DNA from: Podarcis pityusensis
Lineage: Eukaryota
Length of the DNA stretch: 64,000 nt
NCBI GenBank assembly: GCA_964106645.2
Contig: OZ067040.1
Direction: 5' to 3' (one strand)
Each line of letters opens with the position of its first letter. Position 1 is the stretch's first letter. Made by a program: the position numbers and the translations under genes. The notes under the pieces are model-generated. The model saw nothing but the letters and a program-made list of their open reading frames with translations, did not search any database and was not told the DNA's origin. Below, piece by piece: positions 13,291 to 26,963 of this stretch.

Positions 13291-15170
13291 GATTTTTAAT
13301 GGCTCTTTAGCAGCATTTAATGGATGAAATTCAACATGGCACTAAGAGGGTTTTTTCATCAATGCATGCATTTCTGCTTGTCAGACAGAACCATGTCTCC
13401 TCTCCACCCCCACATTGTTCTGTTGGTTCTCCTGACCCTCCAGAGCAGATTTTCTTCTGGGAGGGAACATTGGGGGGGGGGAGCTCTTGTGCACTAGCTG
13501 GAGTCCTTCTGCTGGCTTTCACCAACACGCCAGGTTAGTTGAATCCAGTCAAATGTTTTTGCTTTTAGATCTGTTGCACTGGTTGAGAATTCTATTGGAT
13601 TGTTTTATTCTTATGCTGCCTAATACTTTTCAATGCCACATTCTGCATTTTAAAATTTCTAAATTGTATTTTTAGAATATTTTAACTGATCATTGTCAGA
13701 TGGCCAGGGAAACTTTGGTTATGGAGCAGAATATAAATGTAAGTGAAATCTCTTCTGCTTTTAAGTTATAGCCAATGCATGTGTATACCACCATTTAATA
13801 TTCCTGCTGAATGATGGAATCCAGTGCTAAGAACACCCAGGATTGCTTCAAGAGAGTTTGTTTTATTTATTTGTTGTTTTATTCAAGAGAGTTTGTTTTA
13901 TTGTTTCCAGGGAGATTAGAGGACATTGGGTGTTTACTGAGCATTCATTCTGATTAGCTCGCAGGGAGGTTAGGTGACATTACACCAAGCAGATGCTGTC
14001 CCACTTTCCAGTTTCTATGTCCTGTCACTTTCCTTCTTGCAAAAGTCTGGTGCCAGGACTGGTTGGTTGGGCAAGAGCTCCAAACCAACTTTAATTATGC
14101 AACCTGAACTGGCCAATTGGATCCCACCCAAAAATAGAGACAAACTGGAAGTGCACAGCATCATAAAACACAGTCCTGTTTACATTGCATATAGATGCAA
14201 GTAACACAATCCATAGGTTCACCCAGCTCTTATGTTCACAGAGAACCCCTGAGTACGTTAGAGCACAATAGATCAAGATGCATTACTGTAAATCATTTTT
14301 TAAAAATGAATTTTGTAGAACTATGAATATATGAGTTTCTAAAAACCAATGTTAGAATCAGATATCCACAACTGTAATAATCCTAACCTACACCCCACCC
14401 CCAAGCACTGCCTGTTAATAAGTCTTACTTCAGAGTCTAGACTGATTGCAAGGCTGTGACCTTAAATTGGCCTTTACATTCTGGGAAAGCTTTTCCCACC
14501 CTGAAGTGGGAAACCACATGAGGCTCCAATACGGTTTTTTAAAAAAAATATCCACTATGAGACAGGATGGTACATCCCAAAGAGCTAAATAATGTCCTGC
14601 ATATCCTGGGAACAGGAAATTCCTACCCTGTGAATTCCTGTTTCAGCATGCAAAAGGGGGGATTCTGCAGTTTATTGGGATGACAGAAGGACTGGCCATG
14701 CCTTTGTGGTCCATGCAAGAGGAGTGAATCATAACAGAATACCTTCCTGCCTCTTATCAAGACAAAATCCACAGGTAAGAAATCCCTTTTCGTAGTAATT
14801 TTTTAAGGCATCCATGGCATGTGTGTACACTGCTTCATTTGGATTAAAAGCTAATCCCATTAAATGAATCCCTTCTTTGTTCAAAACATCAGAATTCAAC
14901 GGTAATTTTATAATATCCTTTTCAAGTCAGACCTTTTTTTAAAAAATAAAATAAAGAATCACAATCCATTTAAGTGAAGAATGCACAGCACAAAAAAAGC
15001 CCTAAGCAGTACCTAACAGTTGTGCTTGGACAAAATCTGTCAACCACTAATAAACAGAATGTGCTTTAGTGGAAACAAATTGAAAGTATCATTTTCAGTT
15101 ACAGAGAATATAATTGATTTATTCTCCTATCGAATCCAAGCTTTGTTTTCCCACCAAAAAGCCCTTATAC

Positions 15171-15306
15171 CAGGCATAGGCAAACTCGGCCCTCCAGATG
15201 TTTTGGGACTACAACTCCCATCATCCCTGATCATTGGTCCTGTTAGCTAGGGATGATGGGAGTTGTAGTCCCAAAACATCTGGAGGACTGAGTTTGCCTA
15301 TGCCTG
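15171..15306. mobile_element. Palindromic hAT-type MITE (136 bp)
   Basis: TIR caggcataggcaaactc / gagtttgcctatgcctg, near-perfect ~57-bp inverted arms, and a perfect 8-bp TSD ccttatac (15163-15170, 15307-15314). Confidence 0.92.
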
Positions 15307-16588
15307 CCTTATACCTTCTCCAACTGCCCATGCGGAGTACAGGCAACTCGCATCTTACGCTTGTTTTATTTACATGATTGCAGCGTTGCGTGGTTGGTGG
15401 AGGAAATAAATAAATGGAGAGGGAGGAAACCCAGTCTCTGTTTATCTATTTCCCCCATCCCACATGCGCAAAGTTGTGATCACGGTTTACCCAGCTTTCG
15501 GAAGATGCTGCAAGGGCTCTGTCAGCATTTCAGAGGCCTCACACAGCCCTTCCAAAGCTAGGTAAACAGAGCATCAGGCGCAAGGGCTCTGGCAGGGTCG
15601 TAGACTTCTCCCTTCTCTTTCCCAAAGCTGAGCAAGCACCTACTAGGCTTTGGGCAAGGAGACAGGAGGACTCTAGGACCTTGGCAGAGCCCTACCTTCC
15701 CAAAACCAGATAGGCAGTCCTGCACATTGCACAGGAGGCAGTTCCAGGGGTTCATGGCTTTATGCATTTTTGCATACAAACATGGACCCCTGGAACCAAG
15801 ATGTGAGTTACCTGTAGAAGACAGGGTATTCAGGGACTGAAGAGACCTCAAGTTCTGAAGGGTGGGCAGCATATAGTCTTAAAACCCCTTTTAAAAATAA
15901 TGCTTTGTCACATGCTACCTTGATATAGATCTTTTATCTACTACCCAAAAGGCAATACCATTTCACAACTGCTTTTCCCATTTGTTATGTTTCCTTTTAC
16001 CTGCTTTCAGTCTTTCATTCCCACTATTTTCAAAGGAAAATAAGGAAGTACAGTAAATAAGAGCAAGGCAAGGGAAACCTTTAATTAAGAGGCATGATTA
16101 GAAAGAAGATGGATACTTCTTCCCAAGAAAATGTTTCATCTGTTAGATGATAATCTAAGCCTTCAAAACCAACATATTTTTTTCTGTGATAACTGTTATT
16201 ACATGTAATCTGTGGGCTAAATTACAAAGTTCAGCCTTAATTATGATCACTCTGCATAAGCATTAGGAGAAGCAGACCTCAAGTTTTTATGGATTGTTCC
16301 CTGCTTAAACTAAAGAAAAGCAGCGACTTCCTTCAGCACAACTGCAACAAAATTATCATTTGAACTTCTTGTTAAATTCATTTGACAGCAATTTCAGATT
16401 TATAAATCAGATATATTAGCTCCCTCTATTCATTGGTTTGCTGTTACTGAAGAAGATTGACAGGAAACCACATGCAATAAAGTTTCATGCTCAATTGTGC
16501 ATATCCAAATATTAGCCCACAAAAACTTTCAAAGACACCATTTACTGCTCTTTGCCCATGAGCAATCCATACACAGAACACTAAAATA

Positions 16589-16829
16589 CAGTGGTACCTC
16601 TAGTTACGAACTTAATTCGTTCCGGAGATCCGTTCTTAACCTGAAACTGTTCTTAACTAGAGGCATGCTTTTGCTAATGGGGCCTCTTGCTGCCGCTGCG
16701 CCACTGGCACACGATTTCCGTTCTCATCTTGGGGCAAAGTTCTCAACTCGAGGTAACTCTTCCAGGTTATCAGAGTTTGTAACCTGAAGCATTTGTAACC
16801 TGAAGCATTTGTAACTCGAGGTACCACTG
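16589..16829. mobile_element. Tc1/mariner (Tigger-like) MITE, orientation A
   Basis: TA|cagtggtacctc...gaggtaccactg|TA: terminal inverted repeats with a TA target duplication. Confidence 0.9.
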
Positions 16830-17394
16830 TATTAACATTAGTTATTTCAAAAAGTTCATGATCTAAGATTTTTGCTGTTTTGACATTCCGCCATTTCCCG
16901 CCAGTGGACATTACCGACTTTTTAATCAGTTAGCACAAGATTAATTATTTTAATTTCCCACCCTCGCATCCCAAATACAGTTTTAATCAGTTTCAAACCA
17001 TAATGTTCTCTCCTATTTATGTGATCTAGTGCCATCTCATTTGCTAAGCTCATATAAACTGAGCAAAATGAAACCCAAGGCCATTAAATTGATGCACCCT
17101 GTGGGAACATATAGAACACTTAGGTTACAAAATAAAGTTATTTAACACGCTAGACGATAAAGGGAAAATAATCCTACTTTAAAAATCACTAATTAAATTC
17201 TTCACTAAAATATTTTGTAAGTTAATCGTTCCAGGAAAAAACAAAAACCAACGTAGCATTACATTAATGAGCAAAATTTACAAAGATTTTTTACCAATAC
17301 AAGGGGCTCACTGAACATCAAGGATGTTACATTTCTTCTGATGTAGTACGATTGCATCTTGCAGAGGAGTTACATTCCAAGGATGGTGCACATA

Positions 17395-17620
17395 CAGTGG
17401 TACCTCGGGTTACAGACGCTTCAGGTTACAGACTCTGCTATCCCAGAAATAGGACATCGGGTTAAGAACTTTGCTTCAGGATGAGAACAGAAATCGTGCT
17501 CCAGTGGCACGGCGGCAGCAGGAGGCCCCATTAGCTGAAGTGGTGCTTCAGGTTAAGAACAGTTTCAGGTTAAGAACGGACCTCCGGAACGAATTAAGTA
17601 CTTAACCCGAGGTGCCACTG
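17395..17620. mobile_element. Tc1/mariner MITE, orientation B (inverted relative to neighbours)
   Basis: TA|cagtggtacctcgggttacagac...cccgaggtgccactg|TA. The interior is the reverse complement of the 18833 copy. Confidence 0.9.
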
Positions 17621-17867
17621 TACAAAAACCTGTATGCCAGAACCCCCTTGCTTGACCACCCTAAACTTTCAAGCAAGGCAGAGCTGATGAAACATATAGG
17701 CACAGGAGCCCCTCAGCAGTAGATTAAGCCTGCCAGTCCAAGGAATGGTATCCAACTAACTTGTTCCATCAACACAAAGATTCCACATTAATGATATTAT
17801 CCCACATGCTATCAGTTATATTCAAGAGTGTCCAGCTGTCTTTAGTGATTTCATACATGAGCTAAAT

Positions 17868-18375
17868 CAGGGGTGGCTAACCTATGGTCTGCAGGCTGAA
17901 TTTGATTCCGCAGGTGATTCTGGATGGCAAACAAAGCCTCTCAGTAATTTGGCTGCATTTTCAGAAAAAGGGTTTTGTTTTTTTTAACAACAGGTGGCAC
18001 TGTTGTCCTCACACTGTTTTGGAGAGATCTTCAACAGTCTGACAGCAGGGCTTCTTACCTTTTCAAGAGAGTCCCTCCTCCTTCTGCTGCAGCACCATTC
18101 TTAGATCTAAGAAGCAGAAGAGCATCCTTCTGTTTCCTATCTCAAAAACTTGGTGATGATGATGTGCCAGAGGCAGAAGGGGTTCTGTGTGTATGTCAAT
18201 ATGTGCAGGCTCTGTGTGTATGTGTATGTGCACGTGTGTACGTGTTCATCTGTCCCCTCTGAGGTTGAGTGTGCATGTGCACATATAAATTGGGCTCAGA
18301 TTGGCACGTGGTTCTCAGAGAGGTGGCAAATCCTCAATGTGGCCTTTGAGCCAAAAGAATGTTTAGCCGCCCCTG
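17868..18375. mobile_element. hAT-type non-autonomous element
   Basis: TIR caggggtggctaac / gtttagccgcccctg; TSD agctaaat/agctaatg (6/8). Confidence 0.72.
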
Positions 18376-18832
18376 AGCTAATGACTGCAGCCTAGGTATG
18401 TAATAGCTAGATATGAATGCTAATTCAATTCATTATTTAAGGAGATGGGGACATAAGTAGAAACTTTCAAATCATGGTTCAGCTATGGACTACAGAATAT
18501 TTTAATGGGTTGTTGAAGTTTTTAAATTACTGATGGTCATGCAACTCTGAAAGAGGAAGACACATAAATATGGCAAGAAGAGGCAAATACCATGAAACCT
18601 CAGTTATATTTACGCAGCTGCAAACATAATTAGGCCATATTTGTATGGAATCATCACTGCATCCACTAGATGTGGCACTTAAGAGCTGAATAGCATCAGT
18701 AATTATGGGTGATTTTAAAACTCCAAGTAGACCTGCTGAAATCACCTGCTGAAATCAATATGCTTATGTTACTTAAGTTCATCCATTTTAGTAGCTCAAC
18801 TCTGAGTATGGGTAATGCCAGATATCACAGTA

Positions 18833-19058
18833 CAGTGGTACCTCGGGTTAAGAACTTAATTCGTTCTGGAGGTCTGTTCTTAACCTGAAACTGTTCTTAA
18901 CCTAAAGCACCACTTTAGCTAATGGGGCCTCCTGCTGCCGCCGCACCGCTGGAGCACGATTTCTGTTCTCATCCTGAAGCAAAGTTCTTAACCTGAGGTA
19001 CTATTTCTGGGTTAGCGGAGTCTGTAACCTGAAGCGTATGTAACCGGAGGTACCACAG
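18833..19058. mobile_element. Tc1/mariner MITE, orientation A
   Basis: TA|cagtggtacctcgggttaag...gaggtaccacag|TA, 226 bp. Confidence 0.9.
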
Positions 19059-19737
19059 TATTAAATTTTAAAGCTAATACCTTTCAGTGAAGACATCCAT
19101 TACTCAAATAAAACCAGTATTATCACTCTTCCCTCACATAATAGCTGAAATATCACACAGACACCTTTCTCACTGATACAGGCTAGCATTCATGTTAATG
19201 TTAGATTTTGGCAGATCATGACTGCTTAGAACAGCATAAAAAAAGGGAGGATACACAGCTTGCACAGCATTTCTAACATAACATAAAAAATGGACCCGGA
19301 GAAGGGTGTGCACAGTACCTGCTCATGCACTTACAAGGGGCTCCCCTTGCCAATACAAGATCAGCTCCATCTATGTTGGCAGCTTTTATCTCCAATTGAG
19401 AGAGGGAAGGTGAATTGCACCTACCTAACCTGAGTACTGAGTGTAAGTCAACAGCTTTTTAGATCCAGAACTGCTTTCTGCACAAGGGTCATATGAGTGT
19501 GCATTACACTTGAAACTGTGTGGTAATAATGCATAGCACAGAACTCCCTGCAGAGCACATATGGGCTGCATGCAGTCCTCACAAGCTTTCCCTGCAGGCA
19601 GCTGTGGGTTCAATCCACGCCATTCAAGCTGTGCCTGCAAAGGAAACGTGTTCTTTTGTATCCCTGACTTGAATTCAAAGAGAAAATCAGGAACAATCCA
19701 TCCTAAATCTTCTTTCCTTTTTAGTCACAGCTTGAAG

Positions 19738-19874
19738 CAGCCTTCCTCAACCTCGGCCCTCCAAATGTTTTTGGCCTACAACTCCCATGATCCCTAGCTA
19801 GCAGGACCAGTGGTCAGGGATGCTGGGAATTGTAGTCTCAAAAACATCTGGAGGGCCGAGGTTGAAGAAGCCTG
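19738..19874. mobile_element. Palindromic hAT-type MITE
   Basis: Interior related to the 15171 element. TSD gcttgaag/gcttaaag (7/8). Confidence 0.85.
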
Positions 19875-20066
19875 GCTTAAAGTCTCGCGTCACAGTTTGA
19901 GCCTTCCCATAACTCATGCCATATATGACAACAGGTCTGGAAAAGTTGGGCATCAATTGCCGTAAACAATTGTACAGGAAAGTTTTTAATGTTTGATGTT
20001 TTGATTTGTTGGAAGCCACCCAAAGTGGCTGGGGGAAACCAGGCAGATGGGCAGCATACAAATAAT

Positions 20067-20110
20067 TTGTTGTTGTTGTTGTTGCTGCTGCTGCTGTTAT
20101 TATTGTTATC
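20067..20110. repeat. Compound (TTG)n(CTG)n(TTA)n microsatellite
   Basis: Direct reading. It probably derives from the tail of an adjacent minus-strand retroposon fragment (~19960-20066). Confidence 0.85.
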
Positions 20111-20256
20111 ATTGCTATTAAACAGCCTGGCTGGCCAACCTCTGATGGGTCTAATTAGGTCCATGAGCTGCAGGTTTCCCTCCAGTGCTGCAGCTCTTCC
20201 TTAAATGGTTTTAAATCCATAGACTACAATGCAGGAAGTTCAGCATGCTGTGAATA

Positions 20257-20507
20257 CAGTGGTACCTCTGGATGCGAACGGGATCCGTTCCGGAGCTCCA
20301 TTTGCATCCAGAGCAGAATGCAACCCACATCTGCGCATGCACGATTCACGATCTGCCGCTTCTGCACATGGCATGACGTTATTTTGAGTGTCTGTGCATG
20401 TGCGAGCAGCGAAACCCGGAAGTAACATGTTCCGTTACTTCTGGGTCACCGTGGAGTGCAACCCGAAAACGCTCAACCTGAAGCAACTTCAACCTGAGGT
20501 ATGACTG
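20257..20507. mobile_element. Tc1/mariner MITE, different internal subfamily
   Basis: TA|cagtggtacctctggatgcgaacggg...gaggtatgactg|TA. Confidence 0.85.
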
Positions 20508-21339
20508 TACAAGTCTATTTTCATGTCAGAAACAGAGGCTTAACATTATTCATATTGTTTTCTTCTACTAACTTCCTAAAGTGACATCTGTCTCCAACGT
20601 ACATGACATTCTTGTTAGATCTCTCATGGCTCTGCTTCATCTATCCATTATGCCCTTTGATTTTGCTTCTTTCCACAGCCATGCACATTAAAACAGGGGT
20701 GGAGACCAGCCCTCGGGCCCAATTAATCCCATCAAGCCTCTCCATTTGGCATACAAGGCAGAATTGACTAAGCCACATCCACCTGCCCTGCACCTGACAT
20801 CATATGATCCTCAGGCCTTGCAAAGCGCCACACGCCAGGCTCTGCAAGCACCAATGGCCAGTTGTATGTCATGCCTTGCAAAGCACTGTGCCTTTATCCC
20901 CAGTCTGATTTCAAACTACAAAGACGAAAAGAGGTCACCTGATGTCACTGTGGCATCAGGTGATTGACACGTGGGTAGCCTCACCTCACTGCCAAGCCTG
21001 GTCCACTGGGTGTCTCCCCAGCAGCAAAGGGAGAAAGGGTTGCTGATTTATCCAGAAGAATCCAATAATTTTCTCCATTCTTCTCTAAGTAATTGTTATG
21101 CACGTCTTACCTAGTATCTTTTTTCTTTCTTTCAGTAAGCCATAATTCACTGTTCTCAAGGTACTTTGTAATGGCAATGTAAAAATTATACCAAAAATAA
21201 CACTCATTTAAACATAGCTCATTATCCATCTGTTTTCATAATTTCCATTTCACATGAGAAATGTTGGAAGAGCTATTTGAGAGTGGGAAATATTGAGGGA
21301 AGTAAAGTTACTTCTATAAAAGGACATGAAGTTACAGCC

Positions 21340-21467
21340 ATGGAAGCCCCGTCGGACATTCGGATTCCAAAGAAAGTTCGCAAACTAGAACACTCACTTC
21401 CAGGTTTGCGGTGTTTGGGAGCCAAAACGTCCGAGTACCAAGGCATTCAGGATCCAAGGTATGACTG
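21340..21467. mobile_element. Truncated Tc1/mariner MITE (one end)
   Basis: Ends ccaaggtatgactg|TA like the 20257 element. No left TIR is visible. Confidence 0.55.
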
Positions 21468-22159
21468 TATGACAAATTACTGGAGGACAGATCTATCAAC
21501 AGTTGTTAGCAATGGTAGCAAAACAGAACCTCCAAGTCCAGAGGCAGAGTTACAGGTGCTGTGAACCCAAGAAGAACCTAGTAGGTGACTGTTAGAGAAC
21601 GAATGCTGCACTAGATGGAACCTCAGTCAGAACCAATGAGGTTCTTTTAGTCTTATAGTACACAATTTAAGAACTGTTCTGTGTTGCTGAATCTTAAATG
21701 TCTGACAAATTAACAAACATGTTCTCATGTCATAGAAAACTGTTTTTCACTGTCAGCTGATAAATCTGAAAAACTCAAATAGAAAAACACAAAACTGTCC
21801 TACATAACAACCCAGAGGCATAACACAGGCAGAACTGTCTTAAGTTTGAAACAGAATTATTTGGGTTGCATAATTAAACAAATAGTCTCAAGGGAAGAAA
21901 AAAAAGGCAAGGTAGTAACTATGTAATAATTTGTTGCAATATACATACATTTCAGTAACAACCAAATATAGGCATGATGAGTGTCCAAATAGCTTTAAAA
22001 AATTAACGCACATTTAGGAACATTATTATTTTTTCTTAACAGAGATATATTGAGTAAAGAAATTATTTCTAAAGAAATATATATACAGCCATTCTTGGAG
22101 TATATCTGAACGTATTTAAACATCTATTTACAACCACCAAAATTGAAATGCAGCATAAA

Positions 22160-22385
22160 CTGTTATTTTTATCATTGTATTTACATCCCACACTTTTCTC
22201 CAAGGAGCTCAAGGGGGCATACATGGTTCCTCCCTCCTCATTTGATCCGCACAACAACCCTGTGAGGTAGGTTAACCTAAGAGGCAGTGATTGGCCCAAA
22301 GTCACCCAGTGAGCTTTGTGGCCAAATGGGGATTTGAACCCTGGTCTCCCAGATCCTAGTCTGACACTCTAATCACTATGCCATG
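22160..22385 (-). mobile_element. MIR/CORE-like tRNA SINE
   Basis: Reverse-complement copy of the 30575-30790 element (ggatttgaaccctggtctcccagat...cactctaatcacta). Confidence 0.8.
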
Positions 22386-22692
22386 CTTGGGCCAGCAAGA
22401 ACTCCAACTAAGTAAAAAGTTGGAGTATGTGAAATTTTCAAAAAAAACCTATTTGCAAACTATGGGCTACGTAATGTTTTGAAATAATGTGCAAATTCTA
22501 AGAAGTCATTTGCATTTGGTACCCTCTCTCTCTTTTCTGGCACAATATATGGACTTGCACCCTAAGCTTCTATGGGGAGAAGTCCACTCATGGAATGCTC
22601 CAACTGGTCAAAGGCGCAATTTTCACTTACTTCTCCTGCCCCCACCCCACTCCCGAACAACCTGCTCTAAAAGATTGGAGGACATTCTGGAA

Positions 22693-23014
22693 CAGGGGTC
22701 AGCAAACTTTTTCAGCAGGGGGCTGGTCCACTGTCCCTCAGACCTTGTGGGGGGCCGGACTATATATTTTTTGGGGGGGATGAATGAATTACTATGCCCC
22801 ACAAATAACCCAGAGATGCATTTTAAATTAAAGAACACATTCTGCTCATGTAAAAACACCCAACAGGCCCCATAAATAACCCAGAGATGCATTTTAAATA
22901 AAAGGGCACATTCTACTCATGTAAAAACATGCTGATTGCCAGACCGTCCACAGGCTGGATTTAGAAGGAGAATGGGCTGGATCCAGCCCCCAGTCCTTAG
23001 TTTGCCTACTCATG
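22693..23014. mobile_element. hAT-type MITE with internal ~65-bp tandem duplication
   Basis: TIR caggggtcagcaaact / agtttgcctactcatg; TSD ttctggaa/ctctggaa (7/8). The unit aaataacccagagatgcattttaaa...cacattct.ctcatgtaaaaac occurs twice. Confidence 0.85.
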
Positions 23015-23086
23015 CTCTGGAACCATGCAGGAAGTGGTGCTGGAGACTCCAGGTAAATGAGACTGAAAATAGCCCCCCCTCTCTCA

Positions 23087-23105
23087 CAGACAGACAGACA
23101 GACAG

Positions 23106-23132
<27 letters not shown>
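23087..23132. repeat. Compound (CAGA)n(CA)n microsatellite
   Basis: Direct reading. Confidence 0.92.
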
Positions 23133-23136
<4 letters not shown>

Positions 23137-26100
23137 TTTCACAAGTAGGAGCATTCATTATACCAAATACGCTTTTCATGAACATGTTTTCATGTTTTAG
23201 GGCAACTGAAGATCAAAGCTCTGACTATTTTGCAAGACAAACTTCAGAACTTACAAACAATTTCCTTAAGCCATGCAGAATTTAGCTGAGTCTTCCTTTT
23301 TTACAAACACTGCATGTTGCATTGTGTATCTGATTCCAACAGCACAATGAAGTAAATATTGCACACGGTGATTTAAACACTTTTCTGGTGGACATTCGTG
23401 CTTGCCAAGTAATTTAGGAATAATACTAAATAGTTTGAACAGACAGGATTCTGGCTCTGTTTCAAGGAAAGCAATAAGATGTTTTTAAAAATGCTTCAAC
23501 AGAGCTGCCTTTTTCAGACAAAGAACCTTTCTTCCTCTCTGGCGCACATGTTTGGGAAGAGAGCCAAGGTGCTACTTATCAGCTGTTTGACATCAGGGGA
23601 GGACTGTGTGCGTCAGAAGGCCCAGTGGGGACTCCTGAGTTATGGCAATGGACCATGTGGTTCTTATCAGCTTGTAAAGCCTTGCACTTCAACTACTGCA
23701 GCGTGAACAGGGAGAAAAGGAGGGGCAGGAGAATAAGGTGATTTAAATAAACGTGAAGACTTGAAGGCTTCCCAGGCTTTTGCAGGCTAAGTGTGCTGCA
23801 TCAAGTAGCACTATGAATAAACTTCTTTGGTTTAAGCTCTTCTCACCTCCCTCCTGTAGTAATTGCATAAGGACAAAGTGTTCAAAGCAGAGGAGGAGCC
23901 CTGTTTCCAGAATCGATTGTTCATAAAGAAACAAGAGTATGTACCCCTGGGATGTGGAATACAAGGTGGACTGTTAAACAGCATCCTCATTATTTCAATA
24001 ATACTCACATACATTGTGAATACTCTGTCAGGTCTGGCATTTACTTCTGAGCACCAAAAATAGCATGCGTTTTATCTGTTCTGTCTTCTGCAGCAAATAG
24101 CTTGTTCAGTGGAATTTCTTCATAGGCTGCCTCATGCCAGTTTCTAATGTAAGGGCCAGCTTAGTTTGCAACCCTGGAATAATCCATAGGCAGCATGGAA
24201 GTGTATGAATTGTTCCTTCTCCAACTACTGTATCAAGGTCTGAAGCAATATTCAGCCTAGAACACATGCTGATAGGCACCACTGAGTCACAGAGATGGAA
24301 GGGAAACATTAGCAATTTACTTCCAGAAATGTTTTTTCAACCTACAGCTTGCTTTAAAAAAAAAAAAGTTGCTGCAATTTTTTTTCAATGGAAGTATTTG
24401 CTAAATTATTAACTTGTTTTTAGCTTTCATTGAAATGTCTATAGATATGTCATCTGAGCAAGTTCCCAAAATCTATCATGAATTTTGCTTTGTCAGAATC
24501 TGTTGGCAATCAAACTAGGCAGACCTTCTACTTCCCAAGTAATTTCACTCACTTCAATTGGAATTCTTTAACTTCCATTTAAATATGTACAGATGATGAG
24601 TGAAAGTGAATGGTACCTGTGTACAAACTGAAAGGACTTCTGCTTGCACAACAAGGCTTTACCCTTCCTTGTCTCCATCCTGCAGCTACATGTGCCCTCC
24701 TTTAATCTGCTCCAGAAAGCTGGAGAACCCTCAGAAGCCACTGGTGGGAGGTGGCTGACATTATCTGTCATATAGCTTCACTTTTAAAAAGTCTAGCTTT
24801 GCTTCTGAAAACCTACACTTGAAGAATGAAGGAATTCAGAAGTTCACAAACGCAGCACTTGTAACTTTAGTTCATCAAAAAAAGGTGGGTGTCCTTCCCA
24901 ACTGCAGGTTCTATGAGACCAATACAACTACACAAAAAATATGAATTCAGTAAATTTTGTTGAAGTCTTTGCTTCAAGGCATGTTTAAAGAAATGCTGTT
25001 AATGACAAAAAGAATGCTTATTAGAGTTTGACTCTAAATGGAAATACCTCCTTATAATTATAACCTATGTTATGACTTTTGCATATATACTACTAGTAAA
25101 TATTCTGGGCCACACTAATATTATGAGTTTTAGCCCCCACTTAAAGTGACAAGGAGCCATAGTTTAGCAACAGAGCACTGGGTTTACATATGTAAATCAG
25201 GCATCCACAAGTCTGCTTGCCATAGGAGAGTACCCCCCCAAACACCTGGCAAGCAGAACGGCAGGCATCATATACACTCTGACCCCAGTGGTCTCATTTC
25301 CATAGCGGTTTTTCAGCAGGTACAAAACAGCTTGAGTCCTTTCCAAATAGGGCAGGCTACCACTGTTGTTGCTGCTGCTCTTTTGCCTTCTATATAAACC
25401 ACATAATTGAGAGAAAAGGTTCTGCTTCTCCTCAAACCCTCTAGGTAAACCAGAGAATGCAGGGGAGGGGATTGGTGAGGACCACAAATACTGAACTTCT
25501 GCATAACACAAAATTCCTGGATCCAACAGTGGCATCTCCAGTTAAAAAGATCTATAGTTGTAGGGCTTGAAGACCTTGAATAGCCACTGCCTGTCAGAAA
25601 GGTAAAGTACAGATCTTTCGCCATAGAGAATGACGTTTCAAATAGCAAGTTCTTAAAATTCCATTCGCTCATGAAGTTTTATTTTGTCAGCAACAACAAA
25701 GTCCCAGTGATTCCCAAGGTCTTAGCTGCCGATCAGAATAGGTAGTACTTGGCTCAGACAGACTAATATTTTAATGCAGCTTTATATTTCATATGTACCA
25801 AGTACAATGACAAAGAAAAGCCTTTTCTGTTTAATAAAGAAAAGTATATCCACTCCCAGTACAGCAGCTACCCTAACTGCAAATTTAGTGAAAATGTTCA
25901 TACACTGCTAAATAAGAAGTTTCCTTTATATGCTATGTATGTGTTAGAAATTGTGAGGATGCAGGGCTGTGCTCTAAAAATGAAATTTCTTTTTAAATTT
26001 AGCACAGCTCATCAGAATACCAGAGTTCACTTAGCCACAAATTTACACCACATGAAAAGAATTGTTTTATTCAAGCTTCACTGAAGAGCTGGGTAAAATG

Positions 26101-26963
26101 CCTATGCAAGTCCTTGAATTATCATGACAATGTTGTGTTTCCATATTCTAAGTTTTGTTACCATATTCAATGAAGTCCTATTGCAAAATAATTTTTGTCA
26201 AATTTTCTACAGCAAAAAAATGTTTGGTGTGGAAAGTATTTCCTGAACCAAAAACCATTGCGTAATTGCAGAACACCATACTGACTTCTTCTTTTAATAC
26301 CAAAGGATTTTGTTTAATTTAATAAAACTGTAGTGTCTACATGACAACACATTCAGTAAATTCACCAAGCGTGTTGTAGAAAAACATACTATTCAACATA
26401 AGTAAGAGGTAAGGATTGGATTACTAGACTTAATTCTAATCTAAACGAATGGATGATGTGACCCCTAGTCCATAAAAGAGTATGCCATAATATATTTCAA
26501 GGCTTAAAAATGCCACAGGATTCTTGTTTTTCCTGCAACAGACTACCATGATTACCACTCTGGAAATCTAAAGTGCATAGAGCTGTTGATGAAGAATGTT
26601 CTCCCTAAACTTTACACCTACTTTTACCATTTGCCTATTACCAGCAGTACAAATGTACATCTCCCACTTACTTCACTATGGTTCAAGTGAGCAGAGTGTC
26701 TTTACGGTGTCCATGGAATGGGATTATTCCAACAAAATGCAAGGTGGGGGGGGGGGGTTACTTTCAATATCACACTCTTTGATATCTGACTAGATCTTAA
26801 CAGCCAAGTGAACTCATACAGGGAGAAATTGTTACTGATAAACCCAGGCCATTTCAAGCTTAAAGGGTTTAAACCAGCACCTTGAATTGCTCCCAGAAGC
26901 AAATATTAGTATCCAATGAAACAGGTGTAGAACAGGCTGAACGAGAAGCATATAAACTCAATA

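Noticed and set aside
13847-13902. Short direct duplication ttcaagagagtttgttttatt (similar case gccctctgaactgatct at ~28916-28952)
   Set aside because: Simple slippage or repair duplications, with no further structure.
14545-14790. Possible DIRS terminal-repeat remnant
   Set aside because: Only an impression of similarity, with no coding motif or alignable repeat that I could verify.
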